Source: Syntrophomonadaceae bacterium
GTDB lineage: Bacteria > Bacillota > Dethiobacteria > DTU022 > UBA8154
Direction of reading: 5' to 3'
Assembly (NCBI GenBank): GCA_003556225.1
Contig: PWRN01000100.1
Span: 12,125 to 76,124, forward strand
Length of the DNA stretch: 64,000 nt
The translations under genes were made by a program, and so were the position numbers. A model generated the notes under the pieces. It was not told where the DNA came from. It saw only the letters and a program-made list of their open reading frames with translations, and did no database searches. Numbering within the stretch: position 1 is the stretch's first letter; each line of letters opens with the position of its first letter. Of the stretch, positions 48,761 to 58,684 are shown one piece after another.

Positions 48761-49699
48761 TTACATGATCAACGCCAGCAGGCCCTTCTGGGCGTGGAGC
48801 CGGTTCTCCGCCTGGTCCAGCACCACTGCACGATCTCCTTCCAGGACATCTATGGTAATTTCTTCTCCCCGGTAAGCCGGCAGGCAGTGCATGACCAGGG
48901 CCGCAGCAGAGGCTTGGTTTAAAAGCTGCTGGTTCACCTGGTAAGGTTCAAAAATTTGTTTGCGGGCCTCCTTCTCCTGGTCCTGTCCCATGCTGGCCCA
49001 GACATCGGTATACACAACATCAACACCTTCGACGGCCTGGATCGGGTCTTCCGTGACCAGGACCTGGCCTCCCCAGCGGCGGCTGTTTTCTTTTGCCCGC
49101 TCCACCACTTCCCTTTTGGGCCCATGGCCGGGGGGCGCGCCAACCCGGATCTCCATGCCCATGCGGGAACACCCCAGCAGCAGCGAGTGGGCCACATTGT
49201 TTCCGTCTCCCACATAACCCAACTTAACACCGTGCAAGCGTCCGAGCTTTTCTTCAATGGTCAGCAAATCAGCCAAAACCTGGCATGGATGCAGGTAGTC
49301 CGTCAGGGCGTTGATCACTGGAACCCCGGCATGTGCAGCCAGCTCTTCCACCTGCTCGTGTTCGAACGTACGTACCATGATCCCATCGACATAGCGAGAA
49401 AGCACGGCGGCAGTGTCGCGTATTGGCTCTCCCCGTCCCATCTGCAGTTCCTGACTGCTGAGAAAGAGCGCATAGCCACCGAGCTGCCACATGCCCACTT
49501 CGAAGGATACACGGGTCCGGGTGGAAGGTTTTTGAAAAATCATGCCCAGGGTTTTGCCTTCCAGGAGATGATGGGGTTCACCGCGCTGCTGTTTTTCCTT
49601 AAGTTTTCGGGAGAGCTCGAGGACAGCTGTTATCTCCTCGGGCATCAAATCCTGCAGGGTTAAAAAATGCCGACCGCACAATGATTCCACTGGCGACAA
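48761..49699 (-). CDS. argF: ornithine carbamoyltransferase
   Basis: STRTR carbamoyl-phosphate motif and HCLP. The start is either the TTG at 49699 or, better spaced from GGAGG, the GTG at 49690. Confidence 0.95.
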   Translation of the reverse strand: MSPVESLCGRHFLTLQDLMPEEITAVLELSRKLKEKQQRGEPHHLLEGKTLGMIFQKPSTRTRVSFEVGMWQLGGYALFLSSQELQMGRGEPIRDTAAVLSRYVDGIMVRTFEHEQVEELAAHAGVPVINALTDYLHPCQVLADLLTIEEKLGRLHGVKLGYVGDGNNVAHSLLLGCSRMGMEIRVGAPPGHGPKREVVERAKENSRRWGGQVLVTEDPIQAVEGVDVVYTDVWASMGQDQEKEARKQIFEPYQVNQQLLNQASAAALVMHCLPAYRGEEITIDVLEGDRAVVLDQAENRLHAQKGLLALIM

Positions 49700-49729
49700 C
49701 CTCCTTCTGAGAAAATTGCTCGCTGCCTT

Positions 49730-50935
49730 TTACGGCTTGCTTTCCTCGAAAATTTCACGCAAAATATTTACCGCTTGTTCAAGTTCTTCTTCCGCTACGT
49801 TCAGGGGGGGCAGCAAGCGAAGAATCTTTTCTCCGATACAATTGATCAGCAGGCCTTTTTCCATGGCCCGGCTCTGGATCTGTTTGCCCTGATCCTTGAC
49901 CTGCACTCCAATCATCAGGCCCAGGCCCCGCACTTCCTGGATCTCTGCCGGGAAGCGTTCTTTCAAGCGGGTGAGCCCTTGCACCAGCCGTTGGCCTTTG
50001 CCCCCAACCGTCTCCAGGAAACCTTCTTGTAAGAGCTGATCCATCACGGCCGTTGCCGCAGCGCAAACCACGGGATTTCCGCCAAAAGTGGATGCGTGGT
50101 CGCCCGGTGAAAATCCGGCAGCAACCGGATCGGTGCAGAGCATGGCGCCGATGGGCAGGCCCCCTCCCAGGGACTTCGCCAGGGTAAAAATATCCGGGGT
50201 AATCCCGTAGTGCTCGTACGCAAAGAGCTTACCGCTTCTGCCCATGCCGCACTGGATTTCATCAAAAATCAAAAGCAGCTTGTATCGCTCGCACATTTCC
50301 CTGATGGCAGACATAAACTCCCTTGTGGCGACGTGCACGCCCCCCTCACCCTGCACCGGTTCCAGCAGCACGGCACAGGTATAGCGGTTCACCTGGCTGG
50401 CAAAGGAGTCCGCGTCATTAAAATCCCCATAGCGGAAACCGGGCACCAGGGGTTCAAAACCCTGGTGAAATTTTGATTGCCCCGTTGCGGTAATGGTAGC
50501 CAAAGTCCTGCCGTGAAAGGAGTTCTTGGCCGTGATGATCTCGTGCTTCTCCGGCCCGTGCTGCTGCTTGGAATATTTACGTGCCAGCTTGATCGCCGCT
50601 TCGTTGGCTTCAGCTCCGCTGTTGCAGAAAAAAACCTTGTCTGCTGCGGAGGATTCGACCAGCCGCCGCGCCAGTTCTACCTGCGGCCCGGTGTAATAAA
50701 GGTTAGACGTGTGGATGAGTGTATGCAACTGCGCAGTCGCTGCCTCTACGGCAGGCCGGAAACAGTGCCCCAGGCCATTGACCGCCAGCCCACCGACAAA
50801 ATCCAGGTACTCCTTACCTCCTTCATCCCAAACCCTCGTCCCTTCTCCTTTGACCAGGTACGGGTTCACGCCGGGCTGCCGGTTGTATGTATTGATGATG
50901 TATTTTTTCTCCTCTTCCTGGATCAACAGCCGCAC
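49730..50935 (-). CDS. argD: acetylornithine aminotransferase
   Basis: Class-III aminotransferase with LLIFDEIQCGMGRSGK and TLAKSLGGG (the PLP Lys). The likely start is the TTG at 50926, because GGAGG abuts the GTG at 50935. Confidence 0.94.
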   Translation of the reverse strand: MRLLIQEEEKKYIINTYNRQPGVNPYLVKGEGTRVWDEGGKEYLDFVGGLAVNGLGHCFRPAVEAATAQLHTLIHTSNLYYTGPQVELARRLVESSAADKVFFCNSGAEANEAAIKLARKYSKQQHGPEKHEIITAKNSFHGRTLATITATGQSKFHQGFEPLVPGFRYGDFNDADSFASQVNRYTCAVLLEPVQGEGGVHVATREFMSAIREMCERYKLLLIFDEIQCGMGRSGKLFAYEHYGITPDIFTLAKSLGGGLPIGAMLCTDPVAAGFSPGDHASTFGGNPVVCAAATAVMDQLLQEGFLETVGGKGQRLVQGLTRLKERFPAEIQEVRGLGLMIGVQVKDQGKQIQSRAMEKGLLINCIGEKILRLLPPLNVAEEELEQAVNILREIFEESKP

Positions 50936-50966
50936 CTCCTTCGTTTGATAACTAGCAGCGCTCTCG

Positions 50967-51866
50967 CTATTCTACCATGGTACCAATACCAGTGTCGGTG
51001 AAAATTTCCAGCAGCATGGAATGGCTCAAGCGGCCATCAATAATATGCGTCCTGGATACACCGCTGTTCAAGGCCCGAATACAGGCCTCAACCTTGGGGA
51101 TCATGCCCGAGGATATGCTCCCGGAAATGATCATATCCCTCGCCTGCTGGCGCGTCACGCTGGAGATCAGGGTTTCCTGTCTGCCCGGCACTTCCAGGAT
51201 ACCCTCCACATCGGTGAGCAGAATCAGCTTTTCTGCTTGCAGCGCCGCAGCCAGCTCACCCGCCACATGATCGGCGTTAATATTCAATCCATCTCCTTCC
51301 AGGCTCACAGCGACCGGTGCGATGACGGGGATATAGTTGTTTTTGCTCAATATTTCAATCACCGTGGCGTTGATTTCCGTCACGTCTCCCACGTAGCCCA
51401 GTTCAACATACTGTTCCGCACCGTCAACGTATGCCTGGGTCGGGGGCCTTTTGCGAGCCACCAGAAGATTGCTGTCCTTTCCGCTGAGCCCCACGGCTTT
51501 TCCTCCATGGCGGTTCAGGAGGTTTACCACTTCCTTGTTAATCTTGCCGACGAGCACCATTTCCACCATCTCCATGGTTTCCCGATCGGTCACACGCAAA
51601 CCACCGACAAAACGGCTATCAATGCCCAGCCGGTCCAGCAAGGACGTGATTTCCTTCCCTCCGCCGTGAACCACGATGGGGTTAATCCCGATATACTTTA
51701 ACAGCACGATATCCTGGGCCACAGAGTGTTTCAGCTCATCGCTGACCATGGCCTGACCACCGTATTTAATCACAAATGTTTTGCCGTGGAAGCGGCGGAT
51801 ATAAGGGAGAGCCTCGATCAGCACCTGGGCTTTTTCGATCAACTGCTCCATTCCTTGATGCTCCAT
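50967..51866 (-). CDS. argB: acetylglutamate kinase
   Basis: FVIKYGGQAM and VVHGGG motifs, 299 aa. Confidence 0.95.
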   Translation of the reverse strand: MEHQGMEQLIEKAQVLIEALPYIRRFHGKTFVIKYGGQAMVSDELKHSVAQDIVLLKYIGINPIVVHGGGKEITSLLDRLGIDSRFVGGLRVTDRETMEMVEMVLVGKINKEVVNLLNRHGGKAVGLSGKDSNLLVARKRPPTQAYVDGAEQYVELGYVGDVTEINATVIEILSKNNYIPVIAPVAVSLEGDGLNINADHVAGELAAALQAEKLILLTDVEGILEVPGRQETLISSVTRQQARDMIISGSISSGMIPKVEACIRALNSGVSRTHIIDGRLSHSMLLEIFTDTGIGTMVE

Positions 51867-51886
51867 CCATCATCATCCCTCTCCTG

Positions 51887-53110
51887 TCAGCTTCTGTAGT
51901 CGCTGTTGATGGTTACGTAGTCATAACTCAGGTCACAGCCATAAGAGGTCAGTTCTTCCTCCCCGGCATGGAGATGAATAAATACAGGTATTTCTCGTTT
52001 TTCCAGGACCTTTTTGGCCCTGGTTTCATCAAATATCACGCCTGTGCCCTGCCTGGTCACCTGGACGTCCCCCAGGAAAATATCCACGGCGGAAGGATCA
52101 AATGCAGCCCCGGAATAACCCATGGCCGTGATCAGGCGCCCCCAGTTGGCATCTTCCCCGAAGAAGGCCGTCTTCACCAGGCAGGAATTCAATACTGCCC
52201 TGGATAGTGTCCTCGCCGTCTGGTAATCGGGAGCCCCCTGCACAACCAGGCGGATCACCTTGGTCACGCCTTCCCCGTCGGACACAATGCGGTATGAGAG
52301 CTCCTGGCAGACCTGGAAAAGGGCTTCTCGAAAGCTCTCCCAGAGAGACGTTCCCGGTTCAACCTTGATCCCCGAGATTCCCGTGGAAACCAGTAGGACC
52401 ATGTCGTTGGTCGAGGTATCTCCATCTACTGTGATCACATTGAAGGATCTTTCTACGGCCCACCGCAGGGCTACCTGCAGGGCGTCCCGGCTGAGATCCA
52501 GGTCGGTACAAATAAATCCGAGCAGGGTGGCCATATCGGGGCAGATCATCCCGGCGCCCTTGGCCATTCCCCCCACGGTGAAGTAGACAGAATCAAGTTG
52601 AACCCTGTAAGCCGCTTCCTTGGGGACCGTATCCGTGGTCATAATGGCCCGGGCCGCATCATAGCCGCTCTCCATAGAAGGGGAAAGCCGTAAAACAGCT
52701 TCTTCCACACCCCGGGCCAACTGCCCCATGGGCAGGTAGACCCCGATTACCCCGGTAGATGAAACCAGGACTTCCTCTGCGGGGACCTGCAGCTTCTCTG
52801 CCACCAGCTGCGTGGTTGCCAGGGCATCTTGCCTGCCTTGCTCCCCGGTACAGGCATTGGCATTACCACTGTTAATCACTACGGCTCGCACAGGGTTCTG
52901 AAGGTGATCCCGGGTAACCTGGAGGGGAGGCGCTTTAAAGAGGTTGCGGGTAAAAACCCCCGCGGCGCGGGCAGGCCGAGGATAATAGAGCAACGCCAGG
53001 TCCTTTTCCTTGTTTTTCTTAATCCCACAGTGCACACCAGCCGCTTCCACCCCTGAAACCGCTGTCACGCCTCCAGGAATCTTTTCCATTTTCATGTTTC
53101 TTTTTCGCAC
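51887..53110 (-). CDS. argJ: bifunctional ornithine acetyltransferase / N-acetylglutamate synthase
   Basis: Self-cleavage region ATLLGFICTD. 407 aa. The start is uncertain: GTG at 53110, or ATG at 53095 or 53089. Confidence 0.94.
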   Translation of the reverse strand: MRKRNMKMEKIPGGVTAVSGVEAAGVHCGIKKNKEKDLALLYYPRPARAAGVFTRNLFKAPPLQVTRDHLQNPVRAVVINSGNANACTGEQGRQDALATTQLVAEKLQVPAEEVLVSSTGVIGVYLPMGQLARGVEEAVLRLSPSMESGYDAARAIMTTDTVPKEAAYRVQLDSVYFTVGGMAKGAGMICPDMATLLGFICTDLDLSRDALQVALRWAVERSFNVITVDGDTSTNDMVLLVSTGISGIKVEPGTSLWESFREALFQVCQELSYRIVSDGEGVTKVIRLVVQGAPDYQTARTLSRAVLNSCLVKTAFFGEDANWGRLITAMGYSGAAFDPSAVDIFLGDVQVTRQGTGVIFDETRAKKVLEKREIPVFIHLHAGEEELTSYGCDLSYDYVTINSDYRS

Positions 53111-53122
53111 CTTTCCAAGAAA

Positions 53123-54163
53123 TCAGGGCCGCAGGGGAACGAACTTCAACCCCGAGGTCTCTTCGAAACCCAGCATGAGATTCATATTTTGCACCGCCTG
53201 TCCAGCCGCTCCTTTGACCAGGTTATCCAGGGCGGAAAGCAGGATCAACCGCCCCGTGCGGCGGTCCCAGTGCAGGCCCAGGTCACAAAAGTTGCTCCCA
53301 TAGACATTGCGCGTCTCCGGGGAAAGCCCCTGGGGCAGTACCCTGACAAAAAATGCTTCCCTGTAATAATTACGATATACTTCGCGAATATCCTCTTCCT
53401 GGATCTTTGTCGCCGGGGTAAGATAAGTTGTGCTAAGAATTCCCCGCACCATGGGGACCAGGTGAGGGACAAACGTAAATGCCGCGGTTTTTCCCAAAAG
53501 CATCCCCAGCTCCTGTTCCATTTCACCGGTGTGCTGATGGACCGCAACCCGGTATGCCCGAAAATTTTCTGTGCACTCGGCATAATGCAGTATTGGCGAA
53601 GGCACCCGTCCTGCTCCGGAAGCGCCGGACTTGGCGTCAACGACCAGGGTGTTCCAGTCAACCAGGCCTTCCTGCCGGGTTAAGGGAGCCAGGACCAGGA
53701 GCACCGACGTGGGGTAACAGCCGGGGTTTGCCACCAGGGAAGCCCCACGAATCTCTTCCCTGTTAAGTTCCGGCAGACCGTATACAGCCTGCCCCAGCAG
53801 CTCAGGAACTGTATGCTCGCGTTTATACCATGTCCTGTAATCCGCGGCACGATGCAGCCGATAGTCCGCGCTTAAATCAATGACCTTCAGGCCCGCACGA
53901 TAGAGCTGGGCCACTACCTCCATGGACTCGCCGTGAGGCAGGGCACAGAAAACCAGGTCCGTTTCTCTGCGAGCTTCTTCCACCTCGTATTTCTGACAGG
54001 TTAAGTCGCTGATTCCCTGGAAATGGGGATGCACTTCTGCCAGGGGTTTTCCAGCAAACGAATATGATGTTACGTAGGTTACGTGAACCCCGGGGTGATG
54101 GAGCAAAATGCGCAGGAGCTCACTCCCCGTATAGCCTGTTACGCCAATAATCCCAACCCGCAT
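53123..54163 (-). CDS. argC: N-acetyl-gamma-glutamyl-phosphate reductase
   Basis: MRVGIIGVTGYTGSEL N-terminus and the active-site NPGCYPT. Confidence 0.95.
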   Translation of the reverse strand: MRVGIIGVTGYTGSELLRILLHHPGVHVTYVTSYSFAGKPLAEVHPHFQGISDLTCQKYEVEEARRETDLVFCALPHGESMEVVAQLYRAGLKVIDLSADYRLHRAADYRTWYKREHTVPELLGQAVYGLPELNREEIRGASLVANPGCYPTSVLLVLAPLTRQEGLVDWNTLVVDAKSGASGAGRVPSPILHYAECTENFRAYRVAVHQHTGEMEQELGMLLGKTAAFTFVPHLVPMVRGILSTTYLTPATKIQEEDIREVYRNYYREAFFVRVLPQGLSPETRNVYGSNFCDLGLHWDRRTGRLILLSALDNLVKGAAGQAVQNMNLMLGFEETSGLKFVPLRP

Positions 54164-54189
54164 GATTTATCCCTCCCTGTACGCTTTTT

Positions 54190-54475
54190 CCATAACAATA
54201 GCCTCCCATCCAAAAGGACGAGAGGCTATTCTCGCGGTACCACCTTTTTTGACCCCGTGGAGGTCCTCCTCTGGGGCTGCCTGGCACATCGCAGCAATCC
54301 CTCTAACGGGGGCTAACCGGAAGAACCTACCCACCCGGAATAAACTTTTCACTCCAGGCTTCGGCCTTCACCTCCGGGGTGCGCTTCGGGACAGCCTCAA
54401 CACCGGGCTCCCACCGTCCCCGGTTCGCTTGACCTGCCGGCTATCCGTACTCTCCCTTTCACAGGCAGTGATCTG
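54190..54475 (-). promoter_or_regulatory. T-box riboswitch leader upstream of argC (proposed specifier CGC = Arg)
   Basis: Read on the minus strand. The stem I elements are AGAGTA, an AGCGA bulge, a GGTGGGAG distal loop, and a specifier loop ...CGAAGCGCA-CCCC with CGC at 54381-54383 followed by A. The T-box sequence AAAAAAGGTGGTACCGCGAG lies at about 54231-54250. The terminator helix is AATAGCCTCTC...GGGAGGCTATT (54195-54232), followed by a weak U-tract. Confidence 0.8.
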
Positions 54476-54487
54476 ATCTTACGTAAG

Positions 54488-54516
54488 ATATTATCACCGG
54501 CCTGCGAAAAAGTCAA
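54488..54516 (-). promoter_or_regulatory. candidate sigma-A promoter of the arg operon leader
   Basis: The minus strand reads TTGACT-N17-TAATAT, directly upstream of the T-box leader. Confidence 0.6.
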
Positions 54517-54568
54517 CAGGGTCACTCGAAAAGCAGCGAGAAACAAAGGCCAGGGCCCGCTTCTACCA

Positions 54569-56110
54569 CTAGAGAGGGATGTTCCCGTGTTTCTTGCGGG
54601 GCCTCTCTTCGAACTTGTTCTTGAGCGATTCCAGGGAACGGGCCAGGTGACGCCGGGTTTCTCGGGGGTCAATGACGTCGTCCAGCCAGCCCCGGGCGGC
54701 GGTAATGTACGGATTGGCGTAACGGAAACGGTATTCATCCACGCGCTTGGTTCGTTCAGCCTGGGGATCTTCTGCTTTTTCAATCTCCTTCCGGTAGATA
54801 ATATTGGTGGCCCCCTCCGGGCCCATCACCGCTACTTCCGCCGTCGGCCAGGCCAGGGCCACATCCGCCCCCAGGCAGCGGCCGTTCATGGCGATATAAG
54901 CCCCTCCGTATGCCTTGCGGAGGATAATACTGATCTGCGGGACCGTGGCCTCGGAGTACGCGTAGAGGATCTTGGCCCCGTGGCGGATAATGCCGCCGTA
55001 CTCCTGGTTGACCCCGGGGAGATAGCCCGGGACGTCAACGAAGGTGATAAGAGGAATACTAAAGCAGTCACAAAAACGCACGAAGCGGGCGATCTTGTCG
55101 GAGCTGTTGATATCCAGGCAGCCGGCCAGCACCTTGGGCTGGTTGGCAATGATCCCCACGGTGCGCCCTTCGATGCGGGCAAACCCGACGACGGCATTTT
55201 TGGCATAATGCTCGTGAACCTGGAAGAAGTCACTGCCGTCAACCACCCGGGTGATGATATCCACGACATCATACGGCTTGTTGGGGTCGGGAGGAACCAG
55301 CTGCAGCAATTCCTCGGCCGAAAGCGTGGGTTCAGCCGGCGGCAATACCGGGGCATCGTTCAGGTTGTTGGGTGGGAGAAAGGTGAGCAGTTTTTTCAGC
55401 TTTTCCAGGCACTCCTGCTCACTGGCCGCCCTGAAGTGCGCCACGCCGCTGGTTTCATTGTGGGTCAGCGCCCCCCCCAGTTTCTCCGGGGTCACCTCTT
55501 CCCCGGTTACGGCCTTGATCACCTGGGGGCCGGTGATAAACATGTAGCTGGAATTATCCACCATGAAAACAAAGTCCGTCAGGGCCGGGGAATAGACGGC
55601 TCCCCCGGCACAGGGCCCCATGATCACGGATATTTGGGGAATCACCCCCGAGTTGAGGGTGTTGCGGTAGAAGATATTGCCGTAGCCGTCCAGGGACATC
55701 ACGCCTTCCTGGATGCGGGCGCCGCCGGAGTCCTGCAGGCCGATAAAGGGGGCGCCGTTCTTGGCTGCCAGGTCCATGACCCGGCAGATCTTGGCCGCGT
55801 GAAGCTCGCCCAGGGAGCCGCCGGCGACGGTAAAATCCTGGGCAAAAATGTAGACCAGTTTCCCCTCCACCGTGCCATACCCGGTTACAACCCCTTCCCC
55901 CGGGAGCGGAATTTCATTGGTGCTGGCATCTTCCAAGCCGGTCTGCACAAAGGTGCCGACTTCCACAAAGCTGCCCGGGTCCAGGAACTGCTCCAGCCGT
56001 TCCCTGGCCGTTAATTTTCCCTTGCCGTGCTGGTCCTCGATGCGTTTATCACCGCCGCCTTGGAAAACGACTTGTCGTCTCTCTTCTAGAAATTTTAGTT
56101 TGTCTTCCAC
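54569..56110 (-). CDS. methylmalonyl-CoA carboxyltransferase (12S / MmdA / PccB-type carboxyltransferase)
   Basis: 513 aa with GKLTARERLEQFLDPGSF, GLQDSGGARIQEG and MGPCAGGAVYSPAL motifs. It is the last gene of the methylmalonyl-CoA operon. Confidence 0.92.
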   Translation of the reverse strand: MEDKLKFLEERRQVVFQGGGDKRIEDQHGKGKLTARERLEQFLDPGSFVEVGTFVQTGLEDASTNEIPLPGEGVVTGYGTVEGKLVYIFAQDFTVAGGSLGELHAAKICRVMDLAAKNGAPFIGLQDSGGARIQEGVMSLDGYGNIFYRNTLNSGVIPQISVIMGPCAGGAVYSPALTDFVFMVDNSSYMFITGPQVIKAVTGEEVTPEKLGGALTHNETSGVAHFRAASEQECLEKLKKLLTFLPPNNLNDAPVLPPAEPTLSAEELLQLVPPDPNKPYDVVDIITRVVDGSDFFQVHEHYAKNAVVGFARIEGRTVGIIANQPKVLAGCLDINSSDKIARFVRFCDCFSIPLITFVDVPGYLPGVNQEYGGIIRHGAKILYAYSEATVPQISIILRKAYGGAYIAMNGRCLGADVALAWPTAEVAVMGPEGATNIIYRKEIEKAEDPQAERTKRVDEYRFRYANPYITAARGWLDDVIDPRETRRHLARSLESLKNKFEERPRKKHGNIPL

Positions 56111-56113
56111 TGT

Positions 56114-56527
56114 TTACTTTTCCTCCTCGTTGCGCTGGCAGAGTTCCAGCAGGATACCAGAAGTCGATTTGGGATGTAAAAATGCTATGCGCGCGCCTCC
56201 CGCGCCATAGCGGGGAGTTTTGTCGATGAGACGAACCCCTTTCTCTTCCAGTTGTTGCAGCATTTCTTCGATATTATCCACGCGAACCGCGATATGCTGA
56301 ATCCCTTCACCGCGGGCCTCAATAAACTTGGCTACGGGCCCATCCGTTGAAGTGGATTCCAGCAGTTCCAGCTTGCTTTCCCCCAGGGGAAGAAAGGCAA
56401 TTTTCACCTTCTGTTCTTCCACGACTTCCGTGCCTGTCGCCTTTAAACCCAGGGCATCTTCATAGAAAGCCAGCGCCTCCTCCAGGTTTTTTACGGCAAT
56501 GCCAATGTGGTCGATCTTTTTAAGCAT
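56114..56527 (-). CDS. mce: methylmalonyl-CoA epimerase (VOC/glyoxalase fold)
   Basis: [18 protein letters not shown]... and [12 protein letters not shown] motifs. The ATG at 56527 follows AAGGGGGTG. Confidence 0.9.
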   Translation of the reverse strand: MLKKIDHIGIAVKNLEEALAFYEDALGLKATGTEVVEEQKVKIAFLPLGESKLELLESTSTDGPVAKFIEARGEGIQHIAVRVDNIEEMLQQLEEKGVRLIDKTPRYGAGGARIAFLHPKSTSGILLELCQRNEEEK

Positions 56528-56540
56528 GATGCACCCCCTT

Positions 56541-56936
56541 TCAAGATAAACTATCCTTGACAAAGTTTATAATCAAACCCGTCGTTGTCCCTGGAGTAAA
56601 TACCTCGGCAACACCCGCCTTTTTCAAGAAGGATATATCCTCCTTGGGGATCACGCCGCCGGCGATAACCAGGATATCCCCTGCTCCCTGGCTGCGCAGC
56701 AGCTCGCAAACCGGGGGCAGCAGCTGCATATGCGCCCCGGAAAGAATGCTCAAACCCACAACCTGCACGTCCTCCTGGATGGCCGTTTCCACGATCTTCT
56801 CCGGGGTCTGCCGCAGGCCCGTGTAAATCACTTCCATGCCGGCGTCTTTAAAGGCCTGGGCAATCACCTTGGCGCCCCGGTCGTGGCCGTCCAGGCCAAT
56901 TTTTCCTACCAAAACACGAATCTTCTTCTCTGCCAT
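56541..56936 (-). CDS. methylmalonyl-CoA mutase, small B12-binding subunit
   Basis: 131 aa. [21 protein letters not shown] contains the DxHxxG cobalamin-binding motif. Confidence 0.93.
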   Translation of the reverse strand: MAEKKIRVLVGKIGLDGHDRGAKVIAQAFKDAGMEVIYTGLRQTPEKIVETAIQEDVQVVGLSILSGAHMQLLPPVCELLRSQGAGDILVIAGGVIPKEDISFLKKAGVAEVFTPGTTTGLIINFVKDSLS

Positions 56937-56962
56937 GTTTCAGGCTCCTTTCCAAGACGGGC

Positions 56963-58639
56963 TTAGAGCAACACTTGTTGTTGGAATTCCCCGAAGACTT
57001 CCCGCAGCACATCACAGATTTCCCCGATGGTGGCATAGGCTTTCACCGCGTCCAGGATCAGGGGCATGAGGTTTTCATCGGTTTGGGCCGCGCTGCGCAG
57101 CTTCTTGAGGGTTTCGGCCACCTGCTGGCCGTTGCGTTCTTCGCGGAGCTTTTTGAGCTTCTCCTCCTGACGTTCGGCGACCGTGGGGTCCATCTTGAGC
57201 AGGTCCGTGGGATCGTCTTGCTGGACCACAAACTTGTTCACGCCGATAACGACCCGCTGGTTGCTCTCCACCTCTTTCTGGTACTCGTAGGCACTCTGCT
57301 GGATCTCCTTCTGCATGAATCCCTGCTCGATGGCCCGAACCGCACCGCCCAACTGGTCAATTTGGTCAATATAATTAAACACCTGCATTTCGATCTCGTC
57401 GGTCAAGCGCTCCATGAAGTACGAGCCCCCCAGGGGGTCTACGGTATCGGTGACGCCCAGCTCGTAGCCCACCACCTGCTGGGTGCGCAGGGCCATCAAG
57501 ACGGCGTGCTCACTGGGCAGGGCCAGTGCTTCGTCGTAGGAGTTGGTATGCAGGGACTGGGTTCCTCCCAGGCAGGCGCTCAAGGCCTGGAAGGCCACGC
57601 GCATGATGTTGACCATGGGCTGCTGGGCCGTCAGGCTGCACCCCGCCGTCTGGGTGTGGAAACGCAGCATCATGGAACGGGGGTTCTTGGCGCCGAAGCG
57701 CTCTTTCATGATCTTGGCCCAGATCCGCCGGGCCGCCCGGAATTTGGCGATCTCTTCGAAGAAGTTCTGGTGGGCGTTAAAGAAAAAGGAGAGTCGCGGG
57801 CCAAACTGTTCTACGTCCATGCCAGCCTTGATCGCGGTATCCACGTAGGCGATACCGTTGGCCAGGGTAAAGGCGATCTCCTGCACGGCGGTGGAGCCCG
57901 CTTCGCGAATGTGGTAGCCGCTGATGCTGATCGTGTTCCAGGAAGGCACTTTCTCCCCGCAGTAGGCAAAAATATCGGTGATGAGGCGCATGGATGGCTC
58001 GGGAGGAAAAATATAGGTGCCCCTGGCCACATATTCTTTCAGGATATCATTTTGGATGGTACCGCCCAGCTGCTTCATATCTACGCCTTGCGTCTCCGCC
58101 ATGGCCAGGTACATGGCCAGGATAACGGCTGCCGGGGAATTAATGGTCATGGAGGTGGTGACCTGGTCCAGGGGGATCTGATCGAAGAGAATCTCCATAT
58201 CTTTTAAGGAGTCGATGGCGACGCCCACTTTGCCCACTTCGCCCCGGGCCAGGGAGTGGTCCGAATCGTAGCCGATCTGGGTGGGCAAATCAAAAGCGAT
58301 ACTGAGGCCCGTCTGCCCCTGCTCCAGGAGATAGCGGAAACGCTTGTTGGTTTCTTCCGCGCTGCCGAATCCAGCATACTGGCGCATGGTAAAGAGGCGC
58401 CCGCGGTAGAGGTTGGGCTGCACCCCACGGGTGAAGGGGTACTCCCCGGGAAGCCCTAGTTGTTCCAGGTAGTCGAAATTCTCCAGGTCCAGGGGTGTGT
58501 AGACCGTTTCCACGGGGATATAAGAATCCGTTTGGAAGTCCGGTTTGCGTTCCGGTCTTTTCTCCAAACTTTTTTGTAGGCTCTGCTCCCATGCCGCCAT
58601 TTTATCCTTTAATTCCTGCATCTTTTCGTCTTTAAACAT
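56963..58639 (-). CDS. methylmalonyl-CoA mutase, large catalytic subunit
   Basis: [32 protein letters not shown] and [11 protein letters not shown] motifs. The ATG at 58639 follows GGGAGGAAGG. Confidence 0.94.
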   Translation of the reverse strand: MFKDEKMQELKDKMAAWEQSLQKSLEKRPERKPDFQTDSYIPVETVYTPLDLENFDYLEQLGLPGEYPFTRGVQPNLYRGRLFTMRQYAGFGSAEETNKRFRYLLEQGQTGLSIAFDLPTQIGYDSDHSLARGEVGKVGVAIDSLKDMEILFDQIPLDQVTTSMTINSPAAVILAMYLAMAETQGVDMKQLGGTIQNDILKEYVARGTYIFPPEPSMRLITDIFAYCGEKVPSWNTISISGYHIREAGSTAVQEIAFTLANGIAYVDTAIKAGMDVEQFGPRLSFFFNAHQNFFEEIAKFRAARRIWAKIMKERFGAKNPRSMMLRFHTQTAGCSLTAQQPMVNIMRVAFQALSACLGGTQSLHTNSYDEALALPSEHAVLMALRTQQVVGYELGVTDTVDPLGGSYFMERLTDEIEMQVFNYIDQIDQLGGAVRAIEQGFMQKEIQQSAYEYQKEVESNQRVVIGVNKFVVQQDDPTDLLKMDPTVAERQEEKLKKLREERNGQQVAETLKKLRSAAQTDENLMPLILDAVKAYATIGEICDVLREVFGEFQQQVLL

Positions 58640-58684
58640 GGGCCTTCCTCCCTTTTGTAGGATCTTAGGGTCATTTCCGGGCAA

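Noticed and set aside
54167-54783. Track ORFs 54167-54352 (-), 54162-54476 (+), 54397-54783 (-) and 54083-54316 (+) in the argC upstream region.
   Set aside because: The region is explained by a T-box leader (stem I, T-box core, terminator) plus its promoter. The ORFs lack RBSs and cross these RNA elements.
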